A stretch of DNA of 64,000 nt from the human T2T-CHM13v2.0 reference genome, Homo sapiens. The position numbers and the translations under genes are program-made. The notes beneath the pieces were generated by a model, which did no database searches, was not told the DNA's origin, and saw only the letters and a program-made list of their open reading frames with translations. The stretch is from the NCBI GenBank assembly GCA_009914755.4, contig CP068257.2, forward strand, positions 30,784,001-30,848,000, read 5' to 3'. Positions 1-18,905 of this stretch are shown here, piece by piece (the stretch's first letter is position 1; each line of letters starts with the position of its first letter).

Positions 1-1991
1 AAGGCCTATTTGGCAAGCCACCCACGGCCCTTAAAATCAAGCATCCCAGGATCAGAACTCTGTGGTAAGAGTTGTGGGGAAATGCATCAGACTTTTCAAG
101 GGCTATTAACTTTTTTTTTTGTACTACTAGAACTTTCTTGGCTGCTAGAAAAGCTCTGTATTAGCTGATTTGAGCTATGGAAAGCAGTTCTGAGTTCAGC
201 CACCATCTAGCTCTGAATTCTAAGGAAATAATTGAAAACTGACAAGCCTTTTTGTGTTTGTGACATCATTGCAACTGAACAAATATTGCTTTAGGCAAAT
301 TGCAGTGTAACCATTAGATTGTTTTCACAGATTATAGACACTTAGAGTTCTGTTGCTTTAGGGAAGCAGTTGCAATACTTGTAACAGTCTATAGATTACC
401 ACCCAAGTTTGGAATTGTCTGTATCTAGCAACTGTTACATACAGTGGAGTTGAGCTATCAACTCCTTAGTAAAATGAATGATTTGATACATGTTATTCTA
501 AATAGTATAAATGATAAAAGGCATTTTCTTCTGCTTTCCATACGAACCTAAATTCCAGGGTTTCAAACTCCCTGAGCCAGCAGTAGGTGGTGATATTGCC
601 ACCCACAACGAGCCCCCATTTTTCCTCTCATCAGTGATGCTCTCCAGAGATCTGAAGATTAGGCAGAACATGTCAGAAGCCTTTTGGGGAGAAGAAAGGA
701 AATATAATGTCCTCCCAAACCACTGATGCACTTAAATTTAAACCTTAATTCTATATCATGTGAGGTCAGGGAAATATTAGAAAAATCTCAGGGAGAAAGA
801 AAGATCATCTTCCAAAGTTGGCTCATTTGACTTGGATTTTAGCCGCCCTCCCTCTGCAAATTCCTAAGCTCCAAAGATGACCATCTTATTGTTCGGTTCA
901 GTGTTTCAGCTGACGCGAACCCCATGTGGCCTCAAAGCTTGCCGCCTGTGTTCCTGGGACAGTCGGTCCTGTTCCTTTTTATGAACTTGAAGGAGTGCAT
1001 AGAAACCAAAACTGAGGCCTGGAAGGAGACAGTGGATCCTCCCCTGCAGAGCCTGATCACAATAACCAGGGCTAGAGAGCAGTGTTTGACAATGCAGATA
1101 GTTGCCTGTTTTTCTAAATAAAGGGAACATCAAAAACTAGCAGAGGATAGAGGAAACTTGGGATCCCTCTGCCCTGTGAAGGAGGAGGGAGGATGGTGTA
1201 TCCATGTGAAAGAAAGTGCCAGAATGTCAGGGGTCCCAGCCATTGTCTGTACAATATAGGCCCCTTTCTCCCCCCAGGAGATTAGCAGTGCAGAGTTTTG
1301 GAAAGTTCCTTAAGCCTTTCTCTTCTTTGCGGCTCTTCCTTGAGCCTTTTCCTGGGGCTGTCAGCTGGTGTCGTTTTCCTGGGTCATTGATTTTTTTTTG
1401 CCCTCAGGGATTCCAGCATCGATCTCACTCTTAATAAGCCAGAGGCAGCATCATGGCCCCCTCCTCCTCCCTGTCCATGCTCGTGACTTGTTCTAATCAC
1501 CTCCAAGCTTGCTAGTAAACAGGCTCCCCAAACACCGCCTTCTCTCTCATCTCCAAAGATTTTGAGATGTCGCCAGCGGCCACTGGAAGGCTATCATCAC
1601 TGCATTAAAAATGAATCCCAGCGAAGGCAAGAGAAGTTCATGCAAAATTAGTGCCTCTGATCCTTAATCTCATACTCAAATGTGCTTGGCTTTCATCCAC
1701 TTTCCTCTTTGGGATAGAGTTCTCTTCATTTGACTGCATTCTCAAATTGAGGATTTGGCTTGAGACGTCTAAATTCATCATTGACTTAAAAAACAAAACA
1801 AACCCCAGAAGTATAATGCTATGCCCATAGTTCTTTGTTCAGAGAACAAGACAGGGAGCTGGAGCTTGAGGATGAGTGCTGAGAGGAGGGAGGGGTGCCC
1901 TCTTGAGTAGCAGCCATAAAAAGCAAGGGATCTTCTATATTTTTGCCTTAAAGAGTGGTGTTTCAGTGTGTCTCTTGTATTTAGTTTGTGA

Positions 1992-2486
<495 letters not shown>

Positions 2487-2785
2487 TGATTGATGGGCTT
2501 CTAGGTAGAGGTGGGGAGGAAGGAAGGGAAGGAAAGGGTAGAAAGTTGTTCTAGTTCCCACTTGAATTCCTCAAGAACTCCCACCCTTGGACAAAGTAGA
2601 CATGACCAAATGTTTCCACATTTGATTTTGTCCTAGGGCACATAGTGGTGAATGTGAGAAGTAGAAGGGACAGGGGATGGGAAACAAGGAGAGTGGGGCA
2701 GTCTTTAAGGCCTTCCTTGTATCCAAATGTCCCCAGACCTCAAACAAAGGTCACTCTATAATAGAAGTGTTGTTGTTGTTTTTTA

Positions 2786-2940
2786 ATGGAGTCATGCTCT
2801 GCTGCCCAGGCCCGAGTGCAGTGGCTATTTGCAGGTGCAGTTATAGTGCACTGCAGCCTCAAACTCATGGCCTTAACCGATCCTCCTCCCTTAGCCTCCT
2901 GAGTAGCTAGGATTACAGGTGTGCACCACCCCACCTGGCC
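2786..2940 (-). mobile_element. Alu-derived monomer-length fragment.
   Basis: The segment gagtcatgctctgctgcccaggcccgagtgcagtggc..gcctcctgagtagctaggattacaggtgtgcaccaccccacctggcc. Confidence 0.7.
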
Positions 2941-3006
2941 TGGGCCAGTGTTCCAGTCCCTGCCATTGGTAGCCCAAGTGAGCATTAAGTGGTACTTGGT
3001 ACCAGA

Positions 3007-3395
3007 TTGTATTAATTTGCTAGGGCTGCCATAACAGTGTACTACAGACTGGGTGGCTTACACAAGGAACATTTATTTTATCACAGTTCTGGAGGCTAGA
3101 AGTTCAAGATCAAGGTCTTGGCAGAGTTGATTTCTTGTGAGGCCTGTCTCCTTGGCTTGTAAATGGCATCTCCCTGCTGTATCTTCACATGGTCTTCCCT
3201 CCATGTGTGTCTGTGTCCTAACCTCCTCTTCTTACAAGGATATCAGTCATATTGGACTAGACTCCTTCAAATGATCTCATTTTCATGTAGTCACCTATTT
3301 AAAGGCCCTGTCTCCAAATACTATCATAGTCTGAAGTGCTAGAGATTAGACTCCAATGTTTGAATTTTAGTGGGATGCAGTTCAGCCAAAACTTA
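3007..3395 (-). mobile_element. Ancient MaLR-type LTR-like repeat of the 'gctagggctgccataacag..cagactgggtggctta..cacagttctggaggctagaagt' family. The exact RepeatMasker family is not assigned.
   Basis: It shows the characteristic motifs tgtattaatttgctagggctgccataacag, acagttctggaggctagaagttcaagatcaaggt, and ..ttacaaggatatcagtcatattggact... Confidence 0.6.
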
Positions 3396-4344
3396 GATCA
3401 TTTGCAGCCCAATAAATAAACCTGACTGATAGCTCTTTATTTCACTGGCCAGGAATTCCAGGGTATAGAAATATGGTAATTCAATTGATCCCGGGGGCCT
3501 TGAGGTGGGAACTCAGTATTGATGGACACAGTTGTTCATTTTGGAGAGGTTGAACCCTGTTATTTGCTTTCAGATAAGCATTGGGTCTCAGTCCTGGCAG
3601 CACAATAAAATCTCCTGGGGAGACTAAAAAAATATCTATGGACATTCAGGCTGCACCCCAAGACTTCTGATGTAATTGGCCCTGGGAGAGCCAGTCACTG
3701 ATCTCTTTTTGAAAGCTCCCCAGGCAATTCTAATATGCAGCTAGAGTTGAGGACACCTCTGGAGTTCAGAGGGGAGGGTGACCTTCTGCCCATGCATCAG
3801 GTCATCCAAGGGCACAGAGTGTGGCTGGGTGTCCCCTTCACCCCCTACCCTAGGGCTCATCACCAGGGAGACCAGGACTGTATTTCCCCAGCATATCAGC
3901 ACCTCGCAACACAGACACCTGTGCATGCACAGCCATGCAAACACACGCATGCACACACCCTTCCCTCTGCATTTCATGATGCCTCAGTCACATCATCCTT
4001 TTTATTCAAGATTTATCTTTACTTTAAAAAAATTTATGGAGTGAAAAGCCAGCTCGTAACTAAAGAAAAACAAACCAAATGTCCGAAGGAGTTGTCTAGA
4101 GGCCACAGAAGAAGAGAGATGAATAGCCAGTGTCTGAATCTGCTCATCTGTTTCCATGGAAAGTGACTACATCTGAAAAGTTTTCTGCCGGCTCTTTTTA
4201 TGGCAGAGAAGAGTCTCGGCCCACAAGTGGTCCCTGTTATTGATGGCTTTGGTCTCCCAGGTGCTTTATTGGAAAGGGGAGCCTAGCAGCAGTTTCAGGG
4301 AAGAAACAGAAAGGAAGAGGGTAAAAGTTAATTGAACTCAGTTT

Positions 4345-4500
4345 TATCTGATTTCATCCTCGTAGCAACTCTGTGAGATCAGGACCAGTCTCATTTGCAG
4401 ATGAGAACTCAGCCTCAGAGAGGGTAACAAAGTTGCCCAAGACCACCCAGCTAGGGAGCAGAGCTGAGGCAGGCTCCAGCACCAGGGCTGGCCAGAGTAC
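4345..4500 (-). mobile_element. MIR (SINE/MIR) fragment.
   Basis: The segment tttgcagatgagaactcagcctcagagagggtaacaaagttgcccaagaccacccagctagg matches the MIR core (ttttacagatgaggaaactgaggctcagagaggttaagtaacttgcccaaggtcacacagctag). Confidence 0.7.
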
Positions 4501-5216
4501 AGGGATGGGGCCAGGCTGGGGACTTCGCCTGCAAGGGTGTTGGGGGTAGGGAGGAGCAAGGCCAGAAAAAAAAGTACCACAATTTGCCTAACCTTTCTTG
4601 AAAGTTCATGGGGTCATTGCTGCCATTTTGGTTACCTTCTGAATAGACTGACCTTTTCCTACCCTCCCATCAGCATCATTTCATCACAGTCCTTCCAAAG
4701 TGGGTGCACTCACAAAGTGGTCCAGTGGGGTAGGAAAAACATGTCAGAACTTCTGTTCTTGCCTATTGGTTTTTCCATCTTAATAAAAAAAGGAGTTAAG
4801 TTTTGCTTATAATTAACATATAAATTGACAGAACAACATGTAATTTATAAATAAGTGTGCATATATTGGAGATGTGTTCTCAAAATGTTTCTGTTCATAA
4901 TGTTTTTTATAATTGTTTCTGCCAGTAATAATAATTATTTTTTAAAACTTTTATTTTAGGTTTGGGGGTGCATGGGAAGGTTTGTTGCGTAGATGAGTTC
5001 ATGAGTTAAAAAAATTTGGAGGTCACTGATCTTCACAGCCATCCTGTTGGCTTAATATCTTTAAAATTCTTAGTGAGGCACCACTTTGAGGGTAATGTAC
5101 TATGAGAGAACAATTGCTCCCTCGTTACCCACCCCTATTGCCTGACTTGCGTACTGCTCTCCCCAGCTCCACAGCTGCTAATAAAATTTAGAAGCAGGAT
5201 TTGAACCCAGTACCTA

Positions 5217-5948
<732 letters not shown>

Positions 5949-5963
5949 TTAAAAATACTTTTA

Positions 5964-6504
<541 letters not shown>

Positions 6505-6571
6505 TAAAAATAATTTATTAAGCACATAAAGCACTCTATGCCAGACACTGTTCAAAGAACTTCATGTTAAC

Positions 6572-6692
6572 TCATTTAATCCTCCCAGTTGTAGCTATAA
6601 AGGAGATGCTAGTATAAAAAGTTCAAGAAACTGAGGCAAAGAGCAATTTAGTAACTTTTGGGGATTTGAATCCAGGTAGCCTTTCTAATACC
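6572..6692 (-). mobile_element. MIR fragment.
   Basis: The segment aatcctcccagttgtagctataaaggagatgctagtataaaaagttcaagaaactgaggcaaagagcaatttagtaactt..gatttgaatccagg matches MIR. Confidence 0.6.
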
Positions 6693-7594
6693 AAGGGAAT
6701 AAAACAAAATAAATTACATGCAGTTTAAAGCAGTGGCACTTCTGTCATGTTTATCTCTTCATTTCCTAGAGCCAAATCTTTCCCAGGACTTACATAAGTA
6801 ATGTCCATTCCTTGTCCTGTTTAAAGATAGTACCATCTAGCCTCAAAGAACTGATTATAGAATTGGGTCTGTAATTTGTTTCTGGAAATTGGTGTTCTGA
6901 AACTATTTCCCCAACAAAACACCTAGAAATGCTGAATAAAATATAAGAAAAATCTTTTAATGTATAAATGAGTGGTGAGTGGTTAAATATAAAGAATATC
7001 CAGGAAACAAAAATGAAGAGAGAATAGAGAACTAGGGATGATAGCTGGTGCTAACCCTATGGCTACGTTGGAGTTGCTTGATGGTCTTGACAACGAAGAT
7101 TTAACAGGTGCCTGAGCGCAGGCGATAAGGAGTGAGACCACTGTATAGTGAGGAATTAGAATAAAGACCTCTATATAAAGCCAGGACTTTGAAAACCTAA
7201 ACCTTCATTAAAAGGTGGATGTAAAACAAATCAGCCTTCTTGTAAAGAAAGATGACAAGGAAACTTGTCATAGCCTAGGTTCAGGATTGGAGAAAAAAAT
7301 AATGTCTCTTGAGATGGTGTAATCAAAATTCTGCCTTTTGGAGAGTCTGGGTTTTGAATTCATATTACCTTTACTGGGAAACCCAAGTTGAGAAACTAAT
7401 AAAGTTGTCCCATGATACCTGGCAAAAACAAACACACAGATACTGCCTTCATGGGAATATCATCAATATAGGCCCATCTATAGATTCCTATAGCTAAAAT
7501 GCTGCTGATTATGATCACACAATTCAAAATTACATTATATGAGCAGTAGTCAGCAGCAATGACACGGTTCTTAAGTAATAAAAGAGAGAATCTA

Positions 7595-8627
<1,033 letters not shown>

Positions 8628-8629
8628 GG

Positions 8630-9127
<498 letters not shown>

Positions 9128-10652
9128 TCAAGGCTCCTCCACAGGTGAGCCTCAGTTTCATGGTGACCACACACTAGAAATTCTGTAGGGAAGAATGGGA
9201 AACAGTCTAAAGCCTCTCAGGTACCAGATGCTGTGCTAGATATGGTACAACCTACTCCAAAAAATCATTCCTTCCCTGGGGAAGCTTGCTTCTTAGTGGG
9301 TTCATGGACACACACATTACAGAGGAGTTTGAGGGATGAGCAATCGATTTGGCAGGTCACATTCTCCAAAAACTAGTAAGCAAACCACAGAGCTTGGAAC
9401 TGAGTGTTTGGAAGTATGTTCACAGACCTACTAGATGACTCTGGCTATGCATAGATTTTACATTTCCTTACATGAATTTCTCACCCTTATGTTCTCTCCG
9501 ACACCTGTATCATTTGCTCACTCAAGCCTCTGGAAATGAATTTCTCCTGCACTAACAAGTTAGAGAATGAAATGATGCTTGGATGAAGTGATGCTTAGGG
9601 TTTGTTTCAATCTGAGAGCCAAGTTTTCCACACGCAGAAAACCAGGCAACATTAAAATTCAAAACTCAGGCCACGGAGTCTGAAATGTATGTTTGTGAAC
9701 AGTCTGATTTCATGTCTGCCTCTGATGCCCTGTGAATACAAATCACCTCATCTGGGGCTGGAGGAGCAGAGAGGAAGAAACCTAAGAATGATCTCCAAAA
9801 CAAATCTTTAATTCGGATGAGTATAATAGAGTGTAATCCCATTTCAAGTCTGTCAGCATTCCTTTGATGATTACAAATGAGTCCCTTTTCCCCTGCAATG
9901 TGGGGGAATAATCTGGATAAAATAATCCTTTTTGTCTGCAAAGGCCCATGCGATGCGTACTCGTGACAGCTTTCAGAGTAGTGTTTCAGAGTCTGAGAGA
10001 AGAGCACACTGTCCTACCAAGTCATCTCCTTTCTTTCTCTTGACTTAGAAGATTTTTCACTCTTTTCATGTTCAGTGGCTTCCGAAATTCTCAGGCTTAG
10101 AAATCATAAATCATTGTACTGTACTGAGGAACAAGAGAAACCCAGGTCACCAGCTCCTTTTCCCTCCCTGCCTGCTCAACAGGAGATGACAGGTGGAAAT
10201 GGGAATGTATGATCTTATCTAGAAGGCCAATTTGTACAGCTTTGGAGGGATATACTTGAAGAAATTCACATAATTTTACAGTCTCTTTTTCATTAAAAAA
10301 AATGTACACTGAACCCAAGTTCAGGCTTACATGCCTCCCTTTGTCAATTTCCTTGTAAAATTAAGGGATAGTCATTTTAAACACTTCATTCTATTATCTG
10401 AAACCTGAATGCCAGAACGCTCCTTCCAAAGCTAATGATGCAAAATGTTTTGTGGACAGGCCACCCTGGACACAAAGACTCAGAATGAAAAGAGGTCTTG
10501 AGAACCCCAGTGCTGTGGTCCCGCTCTGTGGAACTGGTCACGGCAGGCTGTGGAGAACCACACAGAGCAGATCTTGTGGTCTTGCTTGTTCCACTTTCAA
10601 GTACAAAGGTCCCTCTCATCTGATTTCCGTATTTTTTTTATTTTAAGTTAGA

Positions 10653-11326
<674 letters not shown>

Positions 11327-12284
11327 AGGATTATTTTTTATTAGTGTTAGAGCTCTCAAAAACCATAAACTAAGGCTTTGAGGCAAAAGGTCTTTTCTTG
11401 TCTCAGATTTCTGTGTCTCTCCCTGGCTATTCAAGTCAAGGCAGGTTATTTGGGTTTGTCAACATTTGCCAAAAATGCTATATGCTCTTTACAGGGGACG
11501 GCGATCTTTACCCAGTGAACATTTTGCTTTTCCTGATATTTAGTTGAAACCAGTGATTCTCAGTCCAAGAGTGATTTTGTCCCTTGGGAATATCTGGCAA
11601 TCTCTGGAGGCAATTTTCTTTGTCACAGCCTCTTAGTGAGTAGAAGCCAGGGACACCGCTAAACATCTGACACTGTCCAGGACAGCGCCCCCACAGCAAA
11701 GAATCATGCAGTCCTTGTGCTAAGGTTGAGGAACCCTGGGCTAGACCAGCAGATTTGTCCTTGTTTTATTTTCCACACTTTTAGAACCTGAAAAAAGTGA
11801 ACACTTTTTTTTTTTTAAATCAGAGTTGAGTCTGGAGTCCCTAGACAGCTCTGAAAGACTCTCTTCTCCAAATCTAGCTTGCCTTCTGCAGCCCGAAGGA
11901 GGTCTTCAGTTCCATAAAGCCAAAGAAATGAAAATCCACTGGCTGCTGTGCTTCTCCACCCTCTCTAGCCCAGTGGGGTTTTAGTCAGAATTTTTCCCCC
12001 TTCCTTTCCTCCAAGGACCTTGTGTATGTGTTTGGCCCTTTTGCCTTCATCTCAAGCTAGACTCTTGGCCATCATTAACGTCAAAGTGAAATATTGCTCT
12101 GGAGAGGTGTTCAGACTTGAAGTCACTTGCTCACTTGACGTGCGAGGATGTGTTTGCAACACATCTCAATTATTTCAAAATCTCAGTGAAATGGTTGCAT
12201 GATGGGGGGTGGATAATTTGATTTGAACATGAAAAAGGAAGGAGAAAGTCACGAAGATAGTGCAGAGATTTTTTTTTTTTGGCA

Positions 12285-12400
12285 TCTCCCACTGCCTCCC
12301 CGACTTTCCTCCTTCCCTGTGTTCCTGCTCTCATTCCCCCTACCTCTCTCTCTCCAACCCCTGCCACCCCACCAGCCTCCATGCACTCACATACAGACAG
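12285..12400. repeat. Polypyrimidine (CT-rich) low-complexity tract.
   Basis: The segment cccactgcctccccgactttcctccttccctgtgttcctgctctcattccccctacctctctctctccaacccctgccaccccaccagcctcc. Confidence 0.8.
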
Positions 12401-13276
12401 CTTGGGTGTTACTTTGTGAACAGTGCATTCAGCAGTCTGTGCTGCTGTTATACACTTATCAAGATACGCTGGAGTTTGTGTGGTCATGGGGCTGAGCATC
12501 GTTTTACAGCCCACATCGAGAAGGAGGAGTCGACGGACTCCTCTGAAATGGTAACTACCATCCCTGCCCAGAGGCCTCAAGACTGCAGAGCAGCTTCCAC
12601 TTTCTGAGCATGCCTCCCTCCATCACCCCTTCAGACAAGTCACAACTCTACTTAAAATATTTTTTTCCTTCTGCCAAACACAGGGAAAATATAGTATTGT
12701 TTCCAAGAGAGCGAGCAGGGGCACCAGCAGGAATGGGTGTGCAGTATTTGTACAGTTTTGTGACTCAGTCCATCTGAATTTCCAAGCATTTTAAGAGCTT
12801 TGTCCCAAAAAAAGGTCTATTGTGTGGCTCTTGGCACTGAAGAAAATAGCAGGCCTGTCAGAACTCTGTTTCAGATTTAATTTTCAAGTGGGTGATGTAC
12901 GAATGCTGTCCAACGGGAGGGCATTTTCTCATTCCTGCTCACTTTGGTGCCATAGAACTTCAGTTTTCAGAATCAGCTCAGATTAAAAAACTGAAGCATC
13001 TTTTCCCTGGACACCCTTTTAATAAAAAGGCACCATGTTCTTAAGCAAGGATTACTGTGGCTCTTAAATGAATATGGCTTCCTGCAATAAAAGTAAAAAC
13101 ATTTGACGATGTATATAATACATTTGTTTTTTCAGAGCATCTTCTTGCAAGACTTTACTATTCTTTGTTTCTATATAGTTTGGAAACGCAGGCCTAAAGA
13201 CATTATTGATCTTCTCAAATGCCTCTTGAATGGAGTATTTACCGCTGGGTATAGACAGTGTTAAAAATAGGCAGAG

Positions 13277-13718
<442 letters not shown>

Positions 13719-14872
13719 AAAGGCAGGAAAAACTTGTTTTTGAAGTTTCTCTTTTCCTAGTTGTTTTCTTCCCTGGACCTTAAACAGTGGACAGTGACTT
13801 TTCTCATTACATGTATACTTTATGTAGAGTGCACAGTTTGTCCTCCATGTCCCTTGTCTTCTCTTGTTGATAAAGATTGTGTACTATATATTTTTAAAAA
13901 AGAACTGAAGCATCGTATCTGACCCCTGGATCCCTCTGAACTGTGAATAGATGATAAACTTCTGGGCTCAGAAATTTTCCCATAATGTTGCCAAGCATTA
14001 GTCCAGCGTGGAGGCGACTTTCTGCTCAAACCACTCATTTGGGTCCCGCGCCCAACGTCACCCATCCTCAGCAAAACAACCTTTATTTCCTTCTTCCTGG
14101 TTTCCAGAAAGTTCCCTTAAAGCCCTGAGGAATCACCGAATGAAAGGGGCTTTTTACAAACAGGAAGCTTAAGTGGAGTGCCAGTACACAACATGGATTG
14201 CACCAGGCTGGGTCTAAGATAAAACCAGACTGTGGACAACGGGACAGATAAGGCCCACATGGCTCTGCACTGCCTCGGTCTGTTACTGTGTGGAGGAATG
14301 TCTTAGTCTGTTGCTCCTGTGGGTGTAGCTAAAACACGAACCAGGAGCCTTCATCCTTAGAAAGGAGTCAGACAGACACCTGAGAACCAATCCCAAACTG
14401 CACCCTTCCCCTGAACCTCGTGGAACCTTCTGGAATGCAACTTATTACTGCCAGAGGGTCTTTGATGAGAGTCTACTCTCCACTATTTGTCTTCATTACC
14501 CACATATTCTCTTTCCGTGGAAAGGTAAGTTATTAGAGTTTATGCAGTCTGGTATATTAACTGAGAGCTTTACTTTAAAGAATGTCATGTTTACGATTCA
14601 GTCTCACAGACTGGGTTAAAAAGGCAGTGTTGACTATTAAGTTGTAAATTACTATAATGATCATTATTATTATTCAAGCAAGCTGTGAGGAATGAGCATT
14701 ATCTCACAATATCTGCATTTTAGTGAACCTGAGGGAAGAGTGTATTTGCTGGAATTACAGAAGCCTGAGAACCACAGGGGAATTCTCACTGCAGGGCATT
14801 CAGGGTCCAAGGCTGATTCTATTTTGCATGCTCAATCCTTCCTCAATTTATTTTTATTTATTTATTTATTTA

Positions 14873-15181
14873 TTTTTTGAGACAGGGTCTCGCTCTGTCG
14901 CCCAGAGCGAGATTGTCGCCTTGGTGCAATCTCAGCTCACTGCAACCTCGCCTCCCGGGTTTAAGTGATTCTCCTTCACTTAACCTTCACTTAACCCAGC
15001 CTCCCAAGTAGCTGGGATTTCAGGCACCCACCACAAAGCACAGCTAATTTTTGTATTTTTAGTATAGACGGGATTTCACCATGTTGGCTAGGCAGGTCTT
15101 GAACTCCTGACCTCAGGTAATCCTCCTGCCTCGGCCTCCCAAAGTGCTGGGATTTCAGGCGTGAGCCACCGTGCCTGGCCC
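14873..15181 (-). mobile_element. Alu, full length, preceded by a (TTTA)n-decayed tail.
   Basis: The segment tttttgagacagggtctcgctctgtcgcccag..gggatttcaggcgtgagccaccgtgcctggccc. Confidence 0.9.
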
Positions 15182-15210
15182 TCAATTTTATTTTTCTATT
15201 TATTTATTTA

Positions 15211-15493
15211 GAGATGGATTTTTGCTCTTGTCCCCCAGGCTGGAGTGCAGTGGTGTGATCTCGGCTCACTGCTACTTCTGCCTCCAGGATTCAAGTGATT
15301 CTCCTGCCTCAGCCTCCTGAGTAGCTGGGATTATAGTCACGCACCCCTACACCCAGCTAATTTTTGTATTTTTAGTAGAGACAGGGTTTCACCATGTTGG
15401 CCAGGCAGGTCTCAAACTCCTGACCTCAGGTAATTCACCTGCCTCGGCCTCCCAAAATGCTGAGATTACAGGTATGAGTCACTACACCTGGCC
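15211..15493 (-). mobile_element. Alu, full length. It is in tandem with the previous Alu and shares the flank 'ctcaattt'.
   Basis: The segment gagatggatttttgctcttgtcccccaggctggagtgcagtggtg..gagattacaggtatgagtcactacacctggcccc. Confidence 0.9.
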
Positions 15494-16317
15494 CCTCAAT
15501 TTAATTTTAATAAAATTATCAGGGAAATAAGCCACAAAAGGACAATGTGCAGACTTTAGAACAGAGCTGTCCAATAGAAATATAATGTAATCCACATGTG
15601 TAATATTAAATAATTTAGTCACCACATTAGAAAAAGTAAAAGGGGTGAAATGAATTCTCCTAGTAAATTTATTTAACCAATATATTCAAAATATTATTAT
15701 TTCAACATTAATGAATACTTAAAAATTCTTAATGAGATATTTTATGTTCTCTTTTTTTTGCTTATGAAGGCTTGGAAATCTAGTGTATATTTTACACTAA
15801 CAGCATATCTCCATTGAGATGGCCACATCTCAAATGCCCAGTAGCCATGTGTGGCCTGAGGCCACGACTCTGGGCAGTACAGCTTTAGGTGAGACTAGGG
15901 CAGGGCAGAGGGGGGCACCTGGGATCAGGCGTGGAGCTTGGGTCCTTGTTTAGCACCCTTTGGTGAGGGCACTTTCTTTCCATAAAACCCAGGTCAAGCA
16001 TGCCTCACAAAGGGGCCAGTGGAGGTGCCTCAGTTTACATGGGAGCTTGGCCTCTCCAGCTTGCCTTCTTACTGCCTGGAAGAAGATTGGTGCCCTCTCG
16101 CCTTCTCTAGCCCCTTTCCCAAGAACCCTCCCAGAATTTAGTCCTGTGAAGGGCCAGGGGTGCAAGGAGTCACCCACACAATGACAGGACCCGCCAGCAA
16201 TACCAGAAGTTGGCCAGCCCTACTCATCCAAATTCCTTTCTGCAGCTGGACATCACAAGGGTTTCAGACTGCCATCCTGTGGCAACTCCATTTTGGGGTC
16301 CGGGGATGTAAGGGTTA

Positions 16318-16993
<676 letters not shown>

Positions 16994-17039
16994 GTTACTG
17001 AGCTGGGCATCTTCTTTCTTGAATGCACATTGGCCTCTG

Positions 17040-17215
17040 AGGCACTTCCTGGTTAACCTCATTCCACAGCTGAGAAAACCCAGGCTTGGCACAGGCAAGG
17101 GATCTGACCCAACGTCTCCCATCTTATTAGTGGAAGGACCAAGACTGGACCCACAACTATGCTCCTGTTTTGAGTCACCATGCTGCCCTCAAGATCAGAT
17201 CTCAAAACAAGCAGA
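17040..17215 (+). mobile_element. MIR-like fragment.
   Basis: The segment cattccacagctgagaaaacccaggcttggcacaggcaagggatctgacccaa..ggaccaagactggacccacaactatgctcctgt resembles the reverse complement of the MIR core. Confidence 0.45.
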
Positions 17216-18586
17216 CATGGGGGGCTCAGAAAGTCCCCAGCCTAGAACTTTCCTGTCACCCAACGACACTAAGGGCTAAGCTGGCTGCTTATTATTCTGG
17301 ATTCACACTAGAATGACCTTGGGGTGTGTTTCACACATGCCAATGTCTGCAGTTTCACCCCCAGCTAACTGACTATGGATCTCTGGGTTGGGGCCTGGGC
17401 ACTGATATTCATGCAGAGATTCTGAGATGATCCTATTACATCGCCAAGGTTGACACCTGCAGAAACATTGCACGCTTTTTCATTTATTTAGTTATTAAAT
17501 ATGTAATATTTATTATTATTTTTCCAGACACAGAAGCGTTGCAAGAATAGTACAAAGACATCCTTTATACCCTTCACTGAGATTCCCCAGTGCTACCATT
17601 TTACCCCATTTGCTTTATTATTTTCTAAGTGGCAGATAAGTTATCCTTTACCCCTAAATATTCCTGTGTATTCCTTAATAACAAGGACTTTCTCTTATAT
17701 AACCAGGCAATGATCAAAATCAGGAAACTAACCCTGCTACAATACGGTTTTCTAATGTATGGACCTCATTCAGATTTTGCCAGTTAACCCAATAGTGTAC
17801 ATTGGAGCAAAAGATAATCCCAGATCATGAATTATTTTCAGTTGTTGTGTCTCTGTAGGTCCCTTTTAGCCTGGAACAGCTCCTCAGTTTTTCTTTATCT
17901 TTCATGGTATTGGTATTCTTGAAGAACGCAAGATGGTTATTTGATGGAATGTCCCTTACTTTGGATTTGGCTGATGTTTCTTGGTGGTGACATTCTTATG
18001 CATTTGGGGTGGGACTGTCACAGCAATGGTATCATGTTCTTCTCTGTGCATCACATCAGGAGGGACATGCTGATGGTTTACCCCATTACACCAAAGTGAA
18101 TGTTGATCATTCAGTGAAGGTGGGCGCAGGTTCATTACATTATATTGCAGAAGCCGTCATCAGCCATACTTGCTCTGATTAACCGATCATCTTCCGTAGC
18201 CATTTATCTAACAAGGCTGTAAGGGTCTTGAACTCAGGGTAAGCAAGCCTTAAAGCAGAACAGAAGAAAGAAAGGAAGGCTCTGGAACCTGGAGCTTTGG
18301 CAAAGGGGGCAGGTCCAGGGAACGCACCACCAAAGTTGCTCCTGGCATTAGGATGAAGAGGAAGGAGAGCATTCTGTCTAGAAGGGGTTTGGGGTTAGCG
18401 AGAGGGGCATGGGAGAGTCAGAGTCTGCCCACTTGTGGTTTTGCTGAGGGCTACACTGTGGTAGGCAGGTCTTTCGTTGCTGCTCTTGAAAATGTTGTTC
18501 CGTAATCCTTCATCTAAAACAGAGCAATTCCCTTTTTCTCAGTTTTGGCCCCCTTGGCAGGTGCTTCATCTGTCTTCTGTTCTCTT

Positions 18587-18905
<319 letters not shown>

